Assembly (NCBI GenBank): GCA_021804105.1
Contig: JAJZKP010000003.1
Location: 1-62,973, forward strand
Reading direction: 5' to 3'
Length of the DNA stretch: 62,973 bases
Source: Candidatus Micrarchaeota archaeon
GTDB taxonomy: Archaea; Micrarchaeota; Micrarchaeia; Micrarchaeales; CABMGC01
The notes under the pieces: generated by a model
The model's input: the letters and a program-made list of their open reading frames with translations, nothing else
Told to the model about the DNA's origin: nothing
Databases searched by the model: none
Made by a program: the position numbers and the translations under genes
Shown here: one piece after another, positions 38,424 to 51,287 of the stretch
Layout of the letters: the number at the start of each line of letters is the position of its first letter
Position numbering within the stretch: the stretch's first letter is position 1

Positions 38424-39629
38424 TTAGATTCGAGGCGAATGTTGCGGGGTTTTTGCTCTGCGGGGGTGCTGCTTATGCATCATGCCGTCTTCACCACCCA
38501 TCAGCGTTGGCAACACCACGGATAGAATTACTGTTCCGAGTATTACTATCGAATAAAGATCCGTATTTATGTCGCCTTGAAGCAAGGCTATGTTGGCTAT
38601 TATAATTCCAACGGCGCCTCTGCTGCCCAGTAGACCCACTGCCGTAATTGGCTTCAGCCTTCTAAGCAGTTTACGTCCTGCAACATAGCTTAGGATCCCT
38701 CCCACAGATCCGCTAACGATTATTAGAGCTAGCATGAGCCACAAATAATGTGATGGAATGACCACTTCCAGTCCGGCGATGCTGAAGAACAGAGGTATAA
38801 AAAAACTATTTGTTATCCTGCTGAACGTCCTCTTGAGTACGCCATATACCCTTTTGCCAACAATGGCTTCATGTATAAGGAGCCCTGCAAAGAATGCGCC
38901 AAGCACATACGTTATCCCGGCTACTTGAAGGACTGCTGAGCCGATAAGGCCAAGCAGTATTATTCCTGCAAATATCAGTTCTTCGCCATCCTTAGTCTTA
39001 TACTCATTTGCCAAAGTCTTCCTAATAGATGAAGCATGAAGCCGTATTATCTTGTCTATTGAGAGAAGTGCAAGCAAGAACACAACAATCGAAATGACTA
39101 CGATATAGATAGGTACAGAACTGATTCCTATAGAAGCCAATATTACAAATGCGATCACGTCGGTCAATACAACGCTTGAGACTATCCTGGCTCCGTCTTC
39201 GGTATCTAAGAGACCATAGCGCATCACTAGGACGGATATTATTGATATAGATGGTACGCCTATTGCTGTTGCTGTAACTATTGCCTGGGTGAGATTAAGA
39301 TGAAAGACAAAGACGGATAATAGTATCATTATTGATACAGGTACTATGAAGCTTGATGCTGATAAGATTATCGAACTCCTTATGTGCTTTGTAAGAAGGC
39401 CCGTAGTTGCCTCTATTCCAACCAGAAGCATTATGAAAAATAGTGATACCTCTGATATCCCGGACAGCCCGATATTGTAGTTCAGCAAATTCAATACTGT
39501 TGGTCCAAGCAGGATTCCGGAAATTATGTTTCCCACCACCTTTGGTATGCCAAGCCTATCAGCCATGGCGCCCAGTATCAATGCGACTGAAAGGAGCGCA
39601 AGGAGAGCCATTATTATTTCCATGTACAT
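38424..39629 (-). CDS. Cation:proton antiporter (CPA2/Kef-like)
   Basis: GILLGPTVL, VLTDV, LGAFFAGL, FFIPLFF, SRGAV. Confidence 0.88.
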   Translation of the reverse strand: MYMEIIMALLALLSVALILGAMADRLGIPKVVGNIISGILLGPTVLNLLNYNIGLSGISEVSLFFIMLLVGIEATTGLLTKHIRSSIILSASSFIVPVSIMILLSVFVFHLNLTQAIVTATAIGVPSISIISVLVMRYGLLDTEDGARIVSSVVLTDVIAFVILASIGISSVPIYIVVISIVVFLLALLSIDKIIRLHASSIRKTLANEYKTKDGEELIFAGIILLGLIGSAVLQVAGITYVLGAFFAGLLIHEAIVGKRVYGVLKRTFSRITNSFFIPLFFSIAGLEVVIPSHYLWLMLALIIVSGSVGGILSYVAGRKLLRRLKPITAVGLLGSRGAVGIIIANIALLQGDINTDLYSIVILGTVILSVVLPTLMGGEDGMMHKQHPRRAKTPQHSPRI

Positions 39630-39828
39630 TCCAACTGCTTTGAGGCAACAGGCATCTAATGCCACTGCATGTGCTAAAGAGTCCCTACTCAATTTCTTAA
39701 TACCTTGCCTGGCAGGCCTTAGCCCTTAGTAGAAATGCATGTTCCAGAACTCTACCCTAAGATATCCTAAAGGTTTAAATATGTGTATCATTATATATAT
39801 CATTAGTGATATAATGAGAGATATAGAC

Positions 39829-40068
39829 ATGGAGAGTCGCGGATGCGGAAACTGTGGCGGATGCGGATGCGGAAACTGCGGCGGATGCGGAGGAGGAGGA
39901 GGCAGGAGGATGGGCAATCATGCCGGTTCAAGGAACATGGACCTAACGGATGACGAGATGTCTGCGAGGCTAAGGTCTTATAAAGAGGACCTTGCCGAAG
40001 AGATAAAGTTCATAGATAAAAGAATTGCAGATCTTGAGTCTGGGGATGCAAGCAAAAGCGGTAAATGA
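39829..40068 (+). CDS. DUF5320-like small protein with Gly/Cys-rich N-terminus and coiled coil
   Basis: GCGNCGGCGCGNCGGCGGGGG followed by LRSYKEDLAEEIKFIDKRIADLE. Confidence 0.7.
   Translation: MESRGCGNCGGCGCGNCGGCGGGGGRRMGNHAGSRNMDLTDDEMSARLRSYKEDLAEEIKFIDKRIADLESGDASKSGK
39841..39888 (+). repeat. 24-bp in-frame tandem duplication
   Basis: GGATGCGGAAACTG(T/C)GGCGGATGC x2, 23/24 identical. Confidence 0.9.
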
Positions 40069-40072
40069 TGCA

Positions 40073-40444
40073 ATGCAGATAAATTCCGGATACTGCAAAT
40101 GTGGTCCGTTTAGGGTTAGTGTGATTCCCCACGGGCTCCTCAAGCCGTATATTCTTAAATTAATATCGAAGAGGCCGATGTATGGCTTTGAGATAATGGA
40201 ACAGATATTTGAGAATACCGGCGGCATGTGGCGACCTGGGCCTGCAGCCACATACACTACGCTTGAGTGGTTGGAGCACAATGGGTACATAAGGGAGTTT
40301 GACACTGGACAGCGATCAGAGAAGCAGAGGAAACAGTACGCAATAACTGAAAAGGGCTCGGGAGCACTTGTAGACTATGCCGAAGCCTCAAGAATGATAT
40401 CGAATCGCATGAAAAAGTTCGGGTTGCTGTATGGTGGTCTTTAA
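40073..40444 (+). CDS. PadR family transcriptional regulator
   Basis: PHGLLKPYIL, MYGFEI, WRPGP, RKQYAITEKG. Confidence 0.9.
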   Translation: MQINSGYCKCGPFRVSVIPHGLLKPYILKLISKRPMYGFEIMEQIFENTGGMWRPGPAATYTTLEWLEHNGYIREFDTGQRSEKQRKQYAITEKGSGALVDYAEASRMISNRMKKFGLLYGGL

Positions 40445-40480
40445 TAGCTGCTGCAGATAAATATTGATGGGTGAATAGAA

Positions 40481-40657
40481 ATGGCAAAAAAATTCGCATG
40501 CAAGGATATAGGTATGTCGTGTGGTTTTGAGGCACGAGCCAGCTCTGAACAGGAGTTGATGGGGAAGATAGCGGCACACGCCAAGAAGGCGCACAATATG
40601 TCCGAGATTGACCAAGCAACGATAGCAAAGGTAAAAGCAGCAATAAAAGAAGCTTAA
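40481..40657 (+). CDS. DUF1059 family small metal-binding protein (58 aa, absent from ORF track)
   Basis: MAKKFACKDIGMSCGFEARASSEQELMGKIAAHAKKAHNM; GGTGA SD. Confidence 0.88.
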   Translation: MAKKFACKDIGMSCGFEARASSEQELMGKIAAHAKKAHNMSEIDQATIAKVKAAIKEA

Positions 40658-40881
40658 GTCGGCAAGGAGCATAGTGGGCAATCGCGGTAGAGTCTGGGCT
40701 TTGATTAATGGCCTCCTAGATCTTTACTGATATACGGGAAGCTTGTATAATAACGCTATCGCGTTGGGATAGCTTAGCGTTACTATACATATATTATTGC
40801 AATTTAACATACTAGAGAAGCCAGACTTTAGGAGACTGCATATTTCGCAAATATATATAGACGCATTGGGGAAATCAAAAC

Positions 40882-41427
40882 ATGAGGGAAAATGGAAAGG
40901 GAACTCTCTCGTTTGTAGTTCAGAAGCATAAAGCAACTACATTGCATTATGACCTAAGACTGCAGATAGGCGATGTTATGCCATCCTGGGCAATACCAAA
41001 AGGGCCTACGCTTGACAATACAGTAAAACGACTCGCGATACACACGACTAATCATTTGATTGAGTATGGAAAGTTTGAGGGAGTGATACCTGAAGGGGAG
41101 TATGGGGCAGGTACAGTGATGATATGGGATGAAGGCATGTACAGTCCCGAATTGGAAGTAAGCAAGGGTGTACTGCATGAGGTGACAGGCACGAAGGAAG
41201 CGCAACGGGTGGCCGGAAATGAGTACAGGGAGGGCAATCTTAAGTTTATACTGTATGGGAAAAAGCTGCAGGGTTCATTCGCACTTATACGCACTGCCGG
41301 GGTTGCTGGCAATAAAGATTCATGGCTACTGATAAAGCACTTAGACAAGTTCTGCAAGAAGGGCTATGACGCCAACAAATACGACTCTTCGGCATCCAGC
41401 GGGCTTTCATTCTCCCAGATAAGATAG
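40882..41427 (+). CDS. Stand-alone LigD 3'-phosphoesterase (PE) domain protein
   Basis: FVVQKHKATTLHYDLRL, SWAIPKGP, RLA, YGAGTVMIWDEG, WLLIK. Confidence 0.9.
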   Translation: MRENGKGTLSFVVQKHKATTLHYDLRLQIGDVMPSWAIPKGPTLDNTVKRLAIHTTNHLIEYGKFEGVIPEGEYGAGTVMIWDEGMYSPELEVSKGVLHEVTGTKEAQRVAGNEYREGNLKFILYGKKLQGSFALIRTAGVAGNKDSWLLIKHLDKFCKKGYDANKYDSSASSGLSFSQIR

Positions 41428-41508
41428 CTATCTGCGCAGGTGCCTTGCAGGATGTTTACGTTCTTGCGTTTTTGGGGGTTATTGCGGAGGCTGTTGTGAA
41501 TATGAATC

Positions 41509-42969
41509 TTAAGTGGGATCTTTGGCGTGCTGCTGCGTTTGCATGGCATGTGATGCCCGGTTTTCCTTTCCCCTTGTCAGGGATATGATCCCGGCAATGA
41601 GTAGTATTGCAATCATGGCAACAAACGAGATACGCATCCCGGCAATGAATGCGCTGGAAATGCTCCCAGAAAGCTTAACGGACGTGCCTACAAATATCTG
41701 GAATGCCTCACTCCTGGGTATTGAGGATGCGGCAACTACGAAGACGACTATGAAGCTGCCCATCATTCCCAGCGTAGAGAATAGCCTCGACAGTCCTGAA
41801 GCTATGCCAAACCTGCGTTGGTCTGCATTGGCCATAATGGCGCTGCTGTTCGCAGGCCAGAACATGGCCCCGCCTATCCCTGTTATCAGCGACCCCAGTA
41901 TAACAACGTAGACGGAAGACGATTGGTTTAGGAAGAAATATGCAATGACTCCGATTACCTGTAGGGATATACCCATAGTTGCCATTATCCTGGCACCGTA
42001 CTTGTCGGATATCCTGCCCATGTATGGTGCGAGTATGCCGCTTACCACATAGCCGGGAACCAGAAGTAGGGACGCATAGAACGGCGTGAACCCACGGACT
42101 CCCTGAAGATACATTATTAGCATGAAGACCACTCCGAGGAATCCGAGGCCTTGCAGGAGCGCAGCAAGGATTGAGTTCTTGAAGACCTTGTTCTCGAACA
42201 TGTCGAATGGTATCGTAGGGCTCTCTGCCCTCTTCTCTATGAAGTAGAAAGCGGCAAGAAGCAGTATTCCAATAACAACAGTGCTGGTGTTGAGCGCGCT
42301 CGCACCTGTGGAAGCATAGCCAATACCCCCATATAGGATAAGGGAGATCGCTGCTGCCAGGGCGATCATGCCTGAGATGTCAAGCTTGGCTGCGAATTTC
42401 TGCTTGTCTGAGATATACTTGACGCCCAGCACAAGAGCAATTATACCTATAGGCACGTTGATGAAGAATATGTACTGCCACCCAATGAACGTGGTTATGA
42501 TTCCGCCCAGAACTATCCCGAGTATTGCACCGACATTGTAGGCCATTGCTGTAAATCCGAAGGCCCTGCCGATCCTGTGTTTTTCGAACGTATCCGCAAT
42601 TATTGCACCACTAGTAGCAGCTATCATTGCGCCTCCTAGCCCCTGGACAGCCCTGAATATTATTAGAAGCACATCCGTAGGGGCTATGCCGCATAGGAAT
42701 GATGCGATGGTGAATATAACAAGCCCGATTATGAAGACCCTTGCCCTGCCGTATATGTCCCCCACCTTTCCGAATTGGGTGGTTGCAACTGCGCTGACAA
42801 GCATGTATACCAGTATTACCCAGATTATGGTGGCAAGATTTGAGTGCAGCGATGATACTATTGCAGGGAAAGCCAGCAGCACTATTGTGGAGTCTATGGC
42901 TGCCATCAGCACTGCTACAAGTATCACTATCAGCACTATATCCTCATGGATGGGCTTTTTGTCAGGCAT
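41509..42969 (-). CDS. MFS transporter (DHA2/EmrB-like, 14 TM)
   Basis: DSTIV, GKVGDIYGR, RAVQGLGG, WQYIFFINVPIG. Confidence 0.92.
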   Translation of the reverse strand: MPDKKPIHEDIVLIVILVAVLMAAIDSTIVLLAFPAIVSSLHSNLATIIWVILVYMLVSAVATTQFGKVGDIYGRARVFIIGLVIFTIASFLCGIAPTDVLLIIFRAVQGLGGAMIAATSGAIIADTFEKHRIGRAFGFTAMAYNVGAILGIVLGGIITTFIGWQYIFFINVPIGIIALVLGVKYISDKQKFAAKLDISGMIALAAAISLILYGGIGYASTGASALNTSTVVIGILLLAAFYFIEKRAESPTIPFDMFENKVFKNSILAALLQGLGFLGVVFMLIMYLQGVRGFTPFYASLLLVPGYVVSGILAPYMGRISDKYGARIMATMGISLQVIGVIAYFFLNQSSSVYVVILGSLITGIGGAMFWPANSSAIMANADQRRFGIASGLSRLFSTLGMMGSFIVVFVVAASSIPRSEAFQIFVGTSVKLSGSISSAFIAGMRISFVAMIAILLIAGIISLTRGKENRASHAMQTQQHAKDPT

Positions 42970-43091
42970 CGTATCTGCGTGAAGGGTTTGAGACGCGCGT
43001 ACCCGCAGGTAAACCTCGGATATGGCAATGTGATAGGAGTATTGCACGGAAGGCTTTTAAAGTCCTGCCATGTTGGGCTTAATTGAAGAGC

Positions 43092-43658
43092 CTATCTTGC
43101 AAGCACCATGCCGAAATGGTCTGCTCCGGGTTTGAACCGGTCTTTTATCTTGAACCCAGAAAACCATTCCAGGTATTCTGATTCGGACATGCGCAGGCTT
43201 TCTGGCGGGCCACGATGCCCGTTGCCGTCTAGCCCTTCACCCTTCTTCCAGTCAACCACGATTATCTTCCCTTCAGGTTTCAGTATCCTTTTTATTTCTC
43301 CTGCAGCTTTTTCCCGGTCCATGTCGTGGAATGAATTGGCCATGAATACTATGTCTACAGATGCATTGGGCAGCGAGATTCTTGATGTATCTTCTTCGAG
43401 GAACCTCACCGTTTTGCTGCGTATCCTTTTGCGCGCCACGGATATCATCGCCTTGCTGCTGTCTATGCAGTAAAGTACTGATGCGAACTTTTTCAGCTTC
43501 GAGGCATAGAATCCCGGGCCGCAGCCGAGATCCACTATTACCTGCTTTTTTGGGCCTATCGTGCGATCAAGGAATGATGCGTCCTCAGACTGCTCCCTGC
43601 CTTCGTGGAGCAGCCTTTTCGCTGCGGCTTCATCCCATATATGGCTGTGCACTCCCAT
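43092..43658 (-). CDS. Class I SAM-dependent methyltransferase
   Basis: VDLGCGPG, EIKRILKPEG, VVDW. Confidence 0.9.
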   Translation of the reverse strand: MGVHSHIWDEAAAKRLLHEGREQSEDASFLDRTIGPKKQVIVDLGCGPGFYASKLKKFASVLYCIDSSKAMISVARKRIRSKTVRFLEEDTSRISLPNASVDIVFMANSFHDMDREKAAGEIKRILKPEGKIIVVDWKKGEGLDGNGHRGPPESLRMSESEYLEWFSGFKIKDRFKPGADHFGMVLAR

Positions 43659-43693
43659 CTACCTCATTCATTGTAAACGTTGTTTCCTGCCAT

Positions 43694-44122
43694 TCATAGT
43701 TCGAACCTGCGCTTGAAATGCTCCTTGAACATGCACCTGTCCATGACGAAAAGGAGGTTGTTCTCCCGTGCTATCCGCATGGCTTCCTCGCTCACTATGC
43801 CTTCCTGTAGCCAGAGAGCCTTCGCGTGTATCGCCACTGCCTGCTCTGCTATCCCTGCTGCTTCCTCTGATGGCCTGAACACGTCCACCACGTCTACCGG
43901 GTCTGTGATCTCGGTAAGCTTCTTGTAAGCCTTCTCCCCTAGTATCGTATCCGCAAATGGATTTACGGGTATTATCCTGTAACCCACCTTCTGCAGGTAC
44001 TTTGGTATGTCATGGCTCTCCTTGCCTTCTTCCCTAGAGCATCCAACAACAGCTATGGTATGGCATGTCCTCAGTATCTTCTCTATGGTGCTGTCTATGC
44101 TCTCTGTTGTTTCCATCCGCAT
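43694..44122 (-). CDS. CoA-binding protein (YccU-like)
   Basis: IAVVGCS, PVNP, VDVFRPS, LWLQEGI, DRCM. Confidence 0.92.
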   Translation of the reverse strand: MRMETTESIDSTIEKILRTCHTIAVVGCSREEGKESHDIPKYLQKVGYRIIPVNPFADTILGEKAYKKLTEITDPVDVVDVFRPSEEAAGIAEQAVAIHAKALWLQEGIVSEEAMRIARENNLLFVMDRCMFKEHFKRRFEL

Positions 44123-44292
44123 GAATTAGTACTTATGCATTAAACTGTTTTGCGCATAAAAGGCTTGGAACGCATAAAAAGGCGCGTACTCGCTTTATTT
44201 TAAAATATATTTCTCCACATTCATCTTATATCTGAAGGATATGGGTTTTCTGTGGGTATATTTATAACCTGTTTGTATATTGTTTTGGTGTC

Positions 44293-47071
<2,779 letters not shown>

Positions 47072-47302
47072 TTAGGAATCACCGGCTCCGCAGGCGCACA
47101 TCCCGTGTTCGTCTATCCTGCAGCCGCATATTGGGCAGGTGTGTTTGTACACAACCTCATGGGCCTCCTTGTTGTAGAGCTCCTTGTGCGCATCCTTGGT
47201 CCTGTATCCGCGCTTTATCCTGCCCTTGAGGTCCTTCCTTGTCTTGGCTATGTGCTCTGCAGATTCGTTTGCCTTTGCTCTCATTTCGCTCAACTGAAAC
47301 AA
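47072..47302 (-). CDS. Small protein with C-terminal Zn-finger-like motif
   Basis: CPICGCRIDEHGMCACG; start uncertain. Confidence 0.55.
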   Translation of the reverse strand: MFQLSEMRAKANESAEHIAKTRKDLKGRIKRGYRTKDAHKELYNKEAHEVVYKHTCPICGCRIDEHGMCACGAGDS

Positions 47303-47493
47303 TAAATATTCATCAATGTCCTATTAATGTTTTTCGCACCATACGGTATATGTGGCTGAAGATTCATACGCTAGAGTCGATGCCATGATTCTGATGTTGG
47401 AGATTCTTGTCCTGGAGGGGAGCGCGAATCGGGGGCTGTCGGTTCGTAAGTAACGTTTTTAAATGTTTCTATTGCAGTAAATCTGGGAAATGC

Positions 47494-47724
47494 ATGGTTA
47501 AAGGGGTATACGCGATTATCGCAATTTTACTGTTGATACCTCTGGTAGTACTTCTTGATATTCCAAGCTACAACAGCGTGAACCCCACTCTTTTCGGGAT
47601 CTCATTCTTCTACTGGTATCAGATGCTCTGGATGCCGCTGGGCGCAATACTGTTTTACATAGCGGCAATACTGTGGAATAGGGAAGAGAAGGCAGGTAGG
47701 ACCGTTTCAAGACGCAGGAGATGA
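47494..47724 (+). CDS. DUF3311 small membrane subunit of solute:sodium symporter
   Basis: PSYNSVNPTLFGISFFYWYQMLW. Confidence 0.88.
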   Translation: MVKGVYAIIAILLLIPLVVLLDIPSYNSVNPTLFGISFFYWYQMLWMPLGAILFYIAAILWNREEKAGRTVSRRRR

Positions 47725-47727
47725 ACT

Positions 47728-49278
47728 ATGATAAACGATTTGTCCGTTGGAGTTTTCGTATTCCTCTTCGCGGTATTCGTGGCTCTTGGTTTTTATGGCA
47801 GCAGGTGGAGGAAAGGGGATCTGAGAAAGCTCAAGGAATGGGGGATGGCGGGAAGCAGGATAGGCACATTCCTCGGCTGGTTCCTCCTTGGCGCGGACAT
47901 ATACACCGCATACACCTTCATAGCCGTACCTTCTTCCCTCTTCGCTAAAGGGTCCATATACTTCTTCGCAGCCCCATACGTAATAATAACATATGCGTTC
48001 GCGATGTGGGCGATGCCGAAGTTCTGGAAGATCGCCAATGACCACGGCTACCTTACCGTGTCTGACTTCGTGAGGTCTATATTCAACAGCAGGCTGCTCG
48101 CAATATCGGTTGCAATAGTTGGCATAGTGGCAGAGCTGCCTTACATAGCATTGCAGATAGTGGGAATGCAGGCGGTACTCATCGCACTGCTTGCGAGCAA
48201 CGGAGTCGTTACGGGCATAATAGAGATCTCGCTCATAGTTTCATTCATAATACTAGCCGCATTCACATGGACAAGCGGGCTCAGGGGCGCAACGCTAGGC
48301 TCTCTGCTCAAGGATGCGCTTATATTGATAAGCATAGCAGTGGTGGTGCTTGCCGTGCTTGCCGCAGGCGGTTTCCATTCCGCTTTGCTTAGCGCACCGA
48401 AGAACATAAGTTATTTCACCTTGCCATCGTCGCTGTATAACGCATATTGGAGCCTTTTCGTACTTAGCGCGCTTGCGCTTTATCTCTATCCGCACGTGAT
48501 AAACGGCACATTGGCCCAGACGGATCCTGCGAGGGTCAGGAAGACCGCGTCGCTGCTCCCGCTCTACAGCATAGGCCTGGGGTTCCTGGCCATGTTCGGG
48601 TTCATGATTTACGGAGTGCCTGCAGCACTGCATTACGTCAACGGATTCCCTGCATCGATACAGGGCACGCAGGTTGTTCCGGGATTGATACTGACACTGC
48701 TTCCTTCATGGCTTTCGGGAGCCGCGCTCCTGGGCATATTCATAGGTGGGCTTGTGCCTGCTGCCATAATGGCCATAGCAGCAGCGAACCTCTTTACTAG
48801 GAACATAGCAAAGGAATTCTATCCAAAGATGACCCCGCACGGTGAGACGCGGACTGCGCAGGTCTTTGCAGTAGTCTTCAAATTCCTCGCGCTCGGCTTC
48901 GTATTCATAATACCGGCAACGTTCGCGATACAGCTTCAGCTTTTCGGAGGCATACTAATACTGCAGATACTTCCGCCGTTCGTGTTCGGAATGATAACCA
49001 AGAAGCTGAACAAGTGGGCGCTATGGCTCGGTCTTGTAGTGGGAGTTGCTTCGGGTCTTTACATGATGGAAGCGGCAAACCATTTCGCGCAGTGGACAAC
49101 TACACTAATGGCAACGGGATTCGGACCTGTCTTCATAGGCCTCTTCGCGCTTCTCATAAACATAGCAATAGTGCTAGTCGGCACCGCCGTGGCTAACTAC
49201 CTTGGATTAAGCAATGGAGAGGAAGGCCACACTGCAGCAAGGCAAGCGCGCGGCAGGGTTGCTCGCACATCAAGGTAG
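47728..49278 (+). CDS. Solute:sodium symporter (MctP-like monocarboxylate permease)
   Basis: WFLLGADIYTAYTFIAVP, ELPYIALQ, VPAAIMAIAAANLFTRN. Confidence 0.92.
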   Translation: MINDLSVGVFVFLFAVFVALGFYGSRWRKGDLRKLKEWGMAGSRIGTFLGWFLLGADIYTAYTFIAVPSSLFAKGSIYFFAAPYVIITYAFAMWAMPKFWKIANDHGYLTVSDFVRSIFNSRLLAISVAIVGIVAELPYIALQIVGMQAVLIALLASNGVVTGIIEISLIVSFIILAAFTWTSGLRGATLGSLLKDALILISIAVVVLAVLAAGGFHSALLSAPKNISYFTLPSSLYNAYWSLFVLSALALYLYPHVINGTLAQTDPARVRKTASLLPLYSIGLGFLAMFGFMIYGVPAALHYVNGFPASIQGTQVVPGLILTLLPSWLSGAALLGIFIGGLVPAAIMAIAAANLFTRNIAKEFYPKMTPHGETRTAQVFAVVFKFLALGFVFIIPATFAIQLQLFGGILILQILPPFVFGMITKKLNKWALWLGLVVGVASGLYMMEAANHFAQWTTTLMATGFGPVFIGLFALLINIAIVLVGTAVANYLGLSNGEEGHTAARQARGRVARTSR

Positions 49279-49641
49279 TTAAAGCCTGCAGTTGGTGCTA
49301 TTTTCGAGCCTGTACCGCAGTTATTCTTGATTGGAGAGCATGAGATCGCGCTTCTGGGAGCTTGCCCCGCAACAGCTCTTGATGCAGAAGTGAGACATAG
49401 CACGCTTTTTGCGTATTGTTAACAAAGTGAGCGGGGAATCATTTACCTTGCAGTTGCAGCTATCGCCTTCTGATGCCTTTTTTCCTCCTCCGTTTAAGGT
49501 AATACTTTCTGAAGCGTTTCGACGATCTTATTGCAGCATGCGCATCCTGTACCGATATCCATCTCAGAAGCTTGTCCCAGTGCCTGAGGCCCTTATCAAT
49601 TCTCGTCTCCCCTGACTGAAATGTCCGTGGCACAAGGCAAG

Positions 49642-49929
49642 TTACTTGCCCTTAGAGATATCAAGAGCTTCTTGGAGTATCTTTGCATGCTCTATTACTT
49701 TCATGCCTTTCTCCGTTGTCTTGTAGGCTATTACGCGCCTGCCAGTCCTGGATCTGGTTATTACTTCTTCTATGGTCTTTGCCGCTATGAGCTCCTTAAG
49801 CCTTTTTGAGACTGTCGCAGAGCTTAAGCGCCTGCCTCTTATCTGAATCTTAATGAAATCGTTAAAGGACTTTGGTTCGCGGCCGCTGGCCGCTTGTAGG
49901 ATCTCAACAGTTCCTCTTACTAATACCAT
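49642..49929 (-). CDS. HxlR-like winged-helix regulator
   Basis: LSSATVSKRLKEL...YKTTEKG. Confidence 0.82.
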   Translation of the reverse strand: MVLVRGTVEILQAASGREPKSFNDFIKIQIRGRRLSSATVSKRLKELIAAKTIEEVITRSRTGRRVIAYKTTEKGMKVIEHAKILQEALDISKGK

Positions 49930-49994
49930 CTTATCGCCCTAGCATCTTATTGCTATCTCATTACGCCTTCTTATTTATAACCTTTCACATATTT

Positions 49995-50013
49995 TACTTT
50001 AGATTCTAAAGTA
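49995..50013. promoter_or_regulatory. Probable operator between divergent regulator and VOC gene
   Basis: TACTTTAGA-T-TCTAAAGTA perfect palindrome. Confidence 0.65.
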
Positions 50014-50074
50014 TTATATTACATAGCAAAGCTTTATATATCTAAGTAAATAAGTATATACTAACTGTAAGAGG

Positions 50075-50551
50075 ATGAATAGCATGAAACACACAACACA
50101 CGAAATATCTCACTTTGAAATTCCCGCAAGAGATCCTGAAAGGCTGAGGAACTTCTACGCCAATGTATTCGGATGGAAGTTCAAGAACGCAGCAGCACAG
50201 AAAATGCAGTACTGGAACATAACTACCGGAACAAGACACCTTCCAGGTGTTAATGGCGGATTATATAAGAAAGGCAGCAAAAGGCAGACTCCTATCAACT
50301 ACGTCAGCACGCCAGACATTAACGAGTCAATGGCAGAGGTGGAGAGGCAAGGTGGCCATATAACAGTGGGCAAGAAGGAGGTAACAGGCCATGGATTTAC
50401 TGCCATAGGAACAGACCCGGAGGGCAATCCAATAGGATTGTTCGAATCGACAAACAGGGGAATGTTCAGGTCTAGAGGAACTCAGAGCCAGAGCGGAGCC
50501 AACAGGGTACCATCAAAGCACAGGAATGACATGAGAGCCGACAGCAAGTAG
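50075..50551 (+). CDS. VOC/glyoxalase family protein
   Basis: HFEIPARDPER..FY..VFGW, NGGL, DPEGNPIGL. Confidence 0.9.
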   Translation: MNSMKHTTHEISHFEIPARDPERLRNFYANVFGWKFKNAAAQKMQYWNITTGTRHLPGVNGGLYKKGSKRQTPINYVSTPDINESMAEVERQGGHITVGKKEVTGHGFTAIGTDPEGNPIGLFESTNRGMFRSRGTQSQSGANRVPSKHRNDMRADSK

Positions 50552-50699
50552 TCATGAAATGAAGAAAAGGCACTATGCGGGTTTGGGAAAGGCAAAAGTG
50601 GGGGTATTATTACTCCAATCATTCAGGCATCCAAACCTGCATTACGCCATGAATGAAGATATTCAGAAGTAAAATACATTGCATACAAAATGTGGTTAA

Positions 50700-50996
50700 A
50701 TGAGCGCAAATGCAGGACACGGCGTTGGATTACTCTTGGCTGTAGTGGTTATTGTGCTCATATTGACATTTGTGCTCCCACTTGCGGGAGGGCTGCTTTA
50801 TTCATTAATAGTGAATACTATAGTAGGATTCATCGTAATATTCATTGTAAACGCTATTTTTGGCCTTGGAATAAAGTACGACTTGCTGGTGTTAATATTT
50901 ATAGCAATATTCGGTTTGCTTGCGGTTGGCATACTTATAATACTCAATTTACTCGGTGTAAGTTCCGGAAATAAGCCACGCAGGAGCCAAAGATGA
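50700..50996 (+). CDS. BofA-like small membrane protein
   Basis: NTIVG...N...G...IAIFGLLAV pattern. Confidence 0.55.
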   Translation: MSANAGHGVGLLLAVVVIVLILTFVLPLAGGLLYSLIVNTIVGFIVIFIVNAIFGLGIKYDLLVLIFIAIFGLLAVGILIILNLLGVSSGNKPRRSQR

Positions 50997-51005
50997 TGGG
51001 ATAAT

Positions 51006-51275
51006 ATGTTTGGTATTATATTCGGAGGAATAGTGTTGGAAATAGTTGTAGTAGCAGCAATTCTCTTGATACTGCTTGTCATGCTTAAGTTTGGGAACAT
51101 TGTCGTCACTCTCATACTGAACAGCATTCTTGGCCTGGTTGTGATATGGCTTGCGAACAGTTTCTTCATGCTGGGCATAATGTACGACTGGATTACATGG
51201 ATCGCTGTGGCAATCCTAGGGCTGCCTGGGGTCGCAGCTATAATACTCTTGAAACTGCTCGGGATATCAATCTGA
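51006..51275 (+). CDS. BofA-like small membrane protein
   Basis: LNSILGLVVIWLAN...AILGLPGV pattern. Confidence 0.65.
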   Translation: MFGIIFGGIVLEIVVVAAILLILLVMLKFGNIVVTLILNSILGLVVIWLANSFFMLGIMYDWITWIAVAILGLPGVAAIILLKLLGISI

Positions 51276-51287
51276 TATGCGTAATAG

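Noticed and set aside
39660-40880. Further cassette junctions (GAGTCC/GAGTCT hexamers near 39679 and 40690)
   Set aside because: They lack the CCG core and the flanking motifs.
49460-49633. 57-aa basic ORF on the minus strand after the HxlR-like gene
   Set aside because: No SD or recognisable motif; cannot be supported.
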